Below are positions 61,152 through 64,000 of a stretch of 64,000 bases of DNA, in pieces. The translations under genes were made by a program, and so were the position numbers. How positions within the stretch are numbered: position 1 is the stretch's first letter; the number at the start of each line of letters is the position of its first letter. This stretch comes from Candidatus Poseidoniales archaeon (GTDB taxonomy: Archaea > Thermoplasmatota > Poseidoniia > Poseidoniales > Poseidoniaceae): positions 2,374-66,373 of the forward strand of contig JAYQSB010000009.1 of the NCBI GenBank assembly GCA_038146705.1. Reading direction: 5' to 3'. The notes under the pieces are model-generated. The model saw only the letters and a program-made list of their open reading frames with translations, made no database searches and was not told where the DNA came from.

Positions 61152-62613
61152 GCGTGAACCTCCATTCAGCGATGGTGTCATCTTTTCTTTCCGGGGGACC
61201 TGGCCATGCACTCCAATTTGAATCAGGGTTCCATTGTTGACCAAGGATTTGTGCTGCTGCTATACATCCTGAACGTACTGCTCCTTCCATTGTACTTGGC
61301 CACTTGGTCGCAGTATAGCAGCCAGCAAGAAGAACTGATGGATGAATATAGTCTGGCTTTGGACGAAGTCTCGCAGTTCCCGGTCGAGGTGCGAATGTTG
61401 CTTTGGGCATTCGTACAATGAGGGTCTCAACAGGTAGGTTGTCCTTTGTATCGGGAAACATTCGGCCTAAGACTCGCTCTAATTCGACCAACATATCTTC
61501 ATCGTTTAGATTCAAAAAATCGTCAGCATGACTCACTGGAACGGAAATCCATTGAATACCAGGTGCTATTTGTTCTTGCAATTCATGATTTCTATTGAAC
61601 ACCATTTGAATCAATGGCTCATCAATAATCGCAGAAAATGCGAAGGTTTTCGGTACCTTTTCTCCTCTATAGAACGCATGTATACCCATCAGTGCAGTGT
61701 ATTCAATTTCTTCAAATGCCTCCAACTTTTCCTTCGAGGTTGTTAGAATTGATCCTGAAGAACCAAGTAATTTCTTCGTGATATGAGGGGGGGTTGCCAA
61801 AACAACTTTTTGCCCATGGTATGTTTTTCGATTTGTACTCACTGTACATTCACCTTTCGTATCGACCTCAACACTGTTCACCGAAGATGACAATTCGACG
61901 TTCACTCCGGCATCTTGAAGAGTTTCAAGAATTTCAGATTGAAAAATATGAGAAAGATGATGTTGAAAACAAGCAACATCGAATGCATCACTTGAACCGA
62001 AAATTCCAGTTTTGTAAAGCATACAGCCCTGTGCAGCACTTGCTTCTTTCACCTCAATGTTGAGGGCTGCGAGGATGAAAAAACCCCAAAACCGTTCAAT
62101 GGCCTCAAATGTTTGTCCATGTTCGATGAGCCAGTCGTAAAATGAGATGTTATCAAGTGACCAAATTTCATCCTCAGTCATTTTGTCTAATTTCTTGATG
62201 ATTTTCCTCATTGCTAATTTATCTTTTAACCCGAGAAACGGGAATTTGAGCATCGATCTCGCCATGTGATTCGGTGGATTTAATTTGCCAGATTTCAATG
62301 AAGCAAATTTTTGTGATTTAGGGTCAAAAAAAGGAAGAACCGTTTTCTTTTGAATTTTCATCGCCCTATGAGCATTACATCTGAATAAAAATTGAAAAAA
62401 GCGTGAGTATATCCGAAAGGCTGCATGCTGGCAGTTGTCCATTTGGAAATGTAGTCGAGGATGCTCCACACTCGCAACTCTCCCGCCGAGAAAACGTCGT
62501 GCTTCGATAAGGACAACCGATTTGCCTGCATCAGCTAGTGCCAAGGCACATGAGACCCCAGCCAGTCCCCCACCAACGACAATGGCATCATCTGTTTCCA
62601 AGAATCCCACCAT
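61144..62613 (-). CDS. hpnE: Hydroxysqualene dehydroxylase HpnE-like FAD oxidoreductase
   Basis: VVGGGLAGVSCA, EARRFLGGR..S, DNCQH, LAGCYT...WPSTMEGAVRSG; overlaps the hpnC start by 8 nt. Confidence 0.85.
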   Translation of the reverse strand: MVGFLETDDAIVVGGGLAGVSCALALADAGKSVVLIEARRFLGGRVASVEHPRLHFQMDNCQHAAFRIYSRFFQFLFRCNAHRAMKIQKKTVLPFFDPKSQKFASLKSGKLNPPNHMARSMLKFPFLGLKDKLAMRKIIKKLDKMTEDEIWSLDNISFYDWLIEHGQTFEAIERFWGFFILAALNIEVKEASAAQGCMLYKTGIFGSSDAFDVACFQHHLSHIFQSEILETLQDAGVNVELSSSVNSVEVDTKGECTVSTNRKTYHGQKVVLATPPHITKKLLGSSGSILTTSKEKLEAFEEIEYTALMGIHAFYRGEKVPKTFAFSAIIDEPLIQMVFNRNHELQEQIAPGIQWISVPVSHADDFLNLNDEDMLVELERVLGRMFPDTKDNLPVETLIVRMPKATFAPRPGTARLRPKPDYIHPSVLLAGCYTATKWPSTMEGAVRSGCIAAAQILGQQWNPDSNWSAWPGPPERKDDTIAEWRFTHG

Positions 62614-62739
62614 AACGAGCGAAGAAGAAGGTTTACAAATAGTCATGCAGAGAGACCCTAATGTTGATGCTCTTTCAGGCCTAAATATCACAATGCTTTA
62701 GTCTAAGGAGCAGAACCACTAAACTGGGGAGGGCAAAAG

Positions 62740-64000
62740 ATGAATTGCGGGTCATGCAACGAAATGATTCCAGATGATAGTATGTTTTGCCCAGAATGCG
62801 GGGCCCGCCAAGACACATCAATTGCAGGCTCATTCCAACAACCAATGCCACAGCGTGATTTCGAACCTGTGACCGGTATGAATGCTCGAATGCAACAAGA
62901 GACAAACATGGGGGCGTTCCCAAATATGCAGCCTGAGCAATTCCAAAATATGGCTCAAAACATTCAACAAAATCCAAATCTCCCTCCAAATATGTACCAA
63001 CAAAATCAGATGGGATTCCCAAATCAAAATATTCCAATGGGAAACCAACCGATGCCCAATCAGAATATGCCCATGGGAAACCAACCGATGCCCAATCAGA
63101 ATATGCCGATGGGACGACCTCAAAATGTCGTACCTATGAACAATCAAATGGTCAATGTTCCTTCGAACCAGCCATCTGACATGCCAAAAGCAACTCGGGG
63201 CCCGAGTCTTTCGAGTGGAGCAATTCCAAATGCTCATCGCACACAATTCGACCCTGCTCATTCAGGGGGGACGATGATTGCCCACAACCCAGAAGTGTCC
63301 CAAACAGACGCCATGGTTAATCGACTGGCGGAAGCAGAGCGAGCGGTCAAAGATGAGCGAAGATCACAATGGTTAAACATGAACCAAAACGCAGCATCGG
63401 ATGTTCTTTCTAATCTCGGTGGAGATGTCCCTTCACATCTCAAGAGCAAGGGGGCTTCTGAGGTGAATGCTGCACAAATTCTATCCGGTTCAAACGCCGA
63501 TGATACTCCAAATGATGCACTGTTGAGAAGGATTGCAGAAGTCGCATCTAGGCGAGTTGCCCGAAAGCGTGGCGTTGCAGTTGAGTCGCCACAAGTGAAA
63601 CTCGTCGACGATATCATGACAGTGAATTTAACGTATGTTGATGATGGAAGAGTGCTTGATACTCCTGAAGATTTATCACAGGCATTCGAACAAGCCATCC
63701 AAACTGAAATTGCATTGAAAGGTTACGACTTTTCTGCAGAAATCCAACTCTTTAGAAACAAAGATGGTACGACTGAAAAAATCGGAGAAGAAGAATCTGA
63801 AGAGGATATGTTTGCTTGTGAAATGTGCGACGGCCTTGTCAAAGAAACTGACCCTGTTTGTCCTCACTGTGGTGCAATGTTTGAGGAAGAAGAGGATGAT
63901 GAACTATCATCTGAGTCAAGCCCGCAGCGTAGCGGCGGCCCCCCAGGCCCCAGTCGTAGTGGTGGCCCTCCGGGTCCTAAGAAAGGCGGCCCTCCAGGCC
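62740..64000 (+). CDS. Zinc-ribbon protein with Q/N/P/M-rich low-complexity region and GGPPGP repeats (partial, runs off the window end)
   Basis: Absent from the ORF track (no stop in window). Manual translation: MNCGSC...FCPECG, QQNQMGFPNQNIPMGNQPM..., ACEMC...VCPHCG, SGGPPGP repeats; GGAGGG SD upstream. Confidence 0.8.
   Translation, partial: MNCGSCNEMIPDDSMFCPECGARQDTSIAGSFQQPMPQRDFEPVTGMNARMQQETNMGAFPNMQPEQFQNMAQNIQQNPNLPPNMYQQNQMGFPNQNIPMGNQPMPNQNMPMGNQPMPNQNMPMGRPQNVVPMNNQMVNVPSNQPSDMPKATRGPSLSSGAIPNAHRTQFDPAHSGGTMIAHNPEVSQTDAMVNRLAEAERAVKDERRSQWLNMNQNAASDVLSNLGGDVPSHLKSKGASEVNAAQILSGSNADDTPNDALLRRIAEVASRRVARKRGVAVESPQVKLVDDIMTVNLTYVDDGRVLDTPEDLSQAFEQAIQTEIALKGYDFSAEIQLFRNKDGTTEKIGEEESEEDMFACEMCDGLVKETDPVCPHCGAMFEEEEDDELSSESSPQRSGGPPGPSRSGGPPGPKKGGPPG
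63019..63114 (+). repeat. 36-bp coding tandem repeat (PNQNMPMGNQPM, about 2.7 copies)
   Basis: Near-identical units at 63019, 63055 and a partial unit at 63091. Confidence 0.9.
63931..64000 (+). repeat. Coding GGPPGP tandem repeats
   Basis: SGGPPGPSRSGGPPGPKKGGPPG; synonymously diverged, truncated by the window edge. Confidence 0.85.

Noticed and set aside
58800-62613. Carotenoid (crtB/crtI) cluster
   Set aside because: Two synthases with HpnC- and HpnD-specific motifs plus an HpnE-type DNxQH enzyme fit squalene synthesis better; no crtY, blh or rhodopsin is nearby.
369-63867. Numerous short ORFs in the track (e.g. 385-705, 10849-11439, 13622-14071, 33590-34120, 38592-39014, 45573-46094, 56883-57644, 63258-63698)
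   Set aside because: They lie antisense or out of frame inside well-supported genes and have no recognisable motifs; treated as shadow ORFs.
63019-64000. Collagen-like or CRISPR-like repeats
   Set aside because: The repeats are in-frame coding units; GGPPGP does not form a continuous Gly-X-Y pattern.
1-64000. tRNA/rRNA genes, IS elements, integrases, provirus
   Set aside because: Intergenic gaps are short and no T-arm/CCA cloverleaf, transposase, recombinase or viral structural motif was recognised by eye.

Overview
Archaeal chromosomal window, most consistent with a Marine Group II (Ca. Poseidoniales, Thermoplasmatota) genome. This is an inference from the archaeal informational genes (aIF2-gamma, S6e, Orc1/Cdc6, Dph2, A1Ao ATP synthase) mixed with many bacterial-type metabolic genes and a GGPPGP-repeat protein. 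It is densely coding (about 50 genes). No rRNA, tRNA, CRISPR array, integrase or transposase was recognised. Order: partial secreted surface protein; pilin-like/lamin-tail protein followed by three KaiC/RAD55-like genes; methyltransferase; complete atpHIKECFABD operon; Zn-ligand-less M50 peptidase homologue; panE; nadB; smc-scpA-scpB; class II HMG-CoA reductase facing a degenerate NTPase-wHTH gene across a periodic GYGTTA repeat array; PIN-eif2g-rps6e-cdc6; a three-gene glycosylation islet; dph2, purine PRTase, GcvH-like protein, acyl-CoA dehydrogenase; class II CCA enzyme, ParB/Srx-fold protein, M61 peptidase, PIN-TPR protein, lipB, dut, class Ia nrdBA, metF-metH; an hpnE-hpnC-hpnD cluster; and a partial zinc-ribbon protein with a Q/N/P/M-rich region. 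The strongest findings are the apparently complete bacterial-type three-enzyme squalene pathway (HpnCDE) in an archaeon and the 11-bp-periodic operator-like array beside a degenerate NTPase-wHTH regulator. All calls come from motif recognition by eye; no database searches were run.
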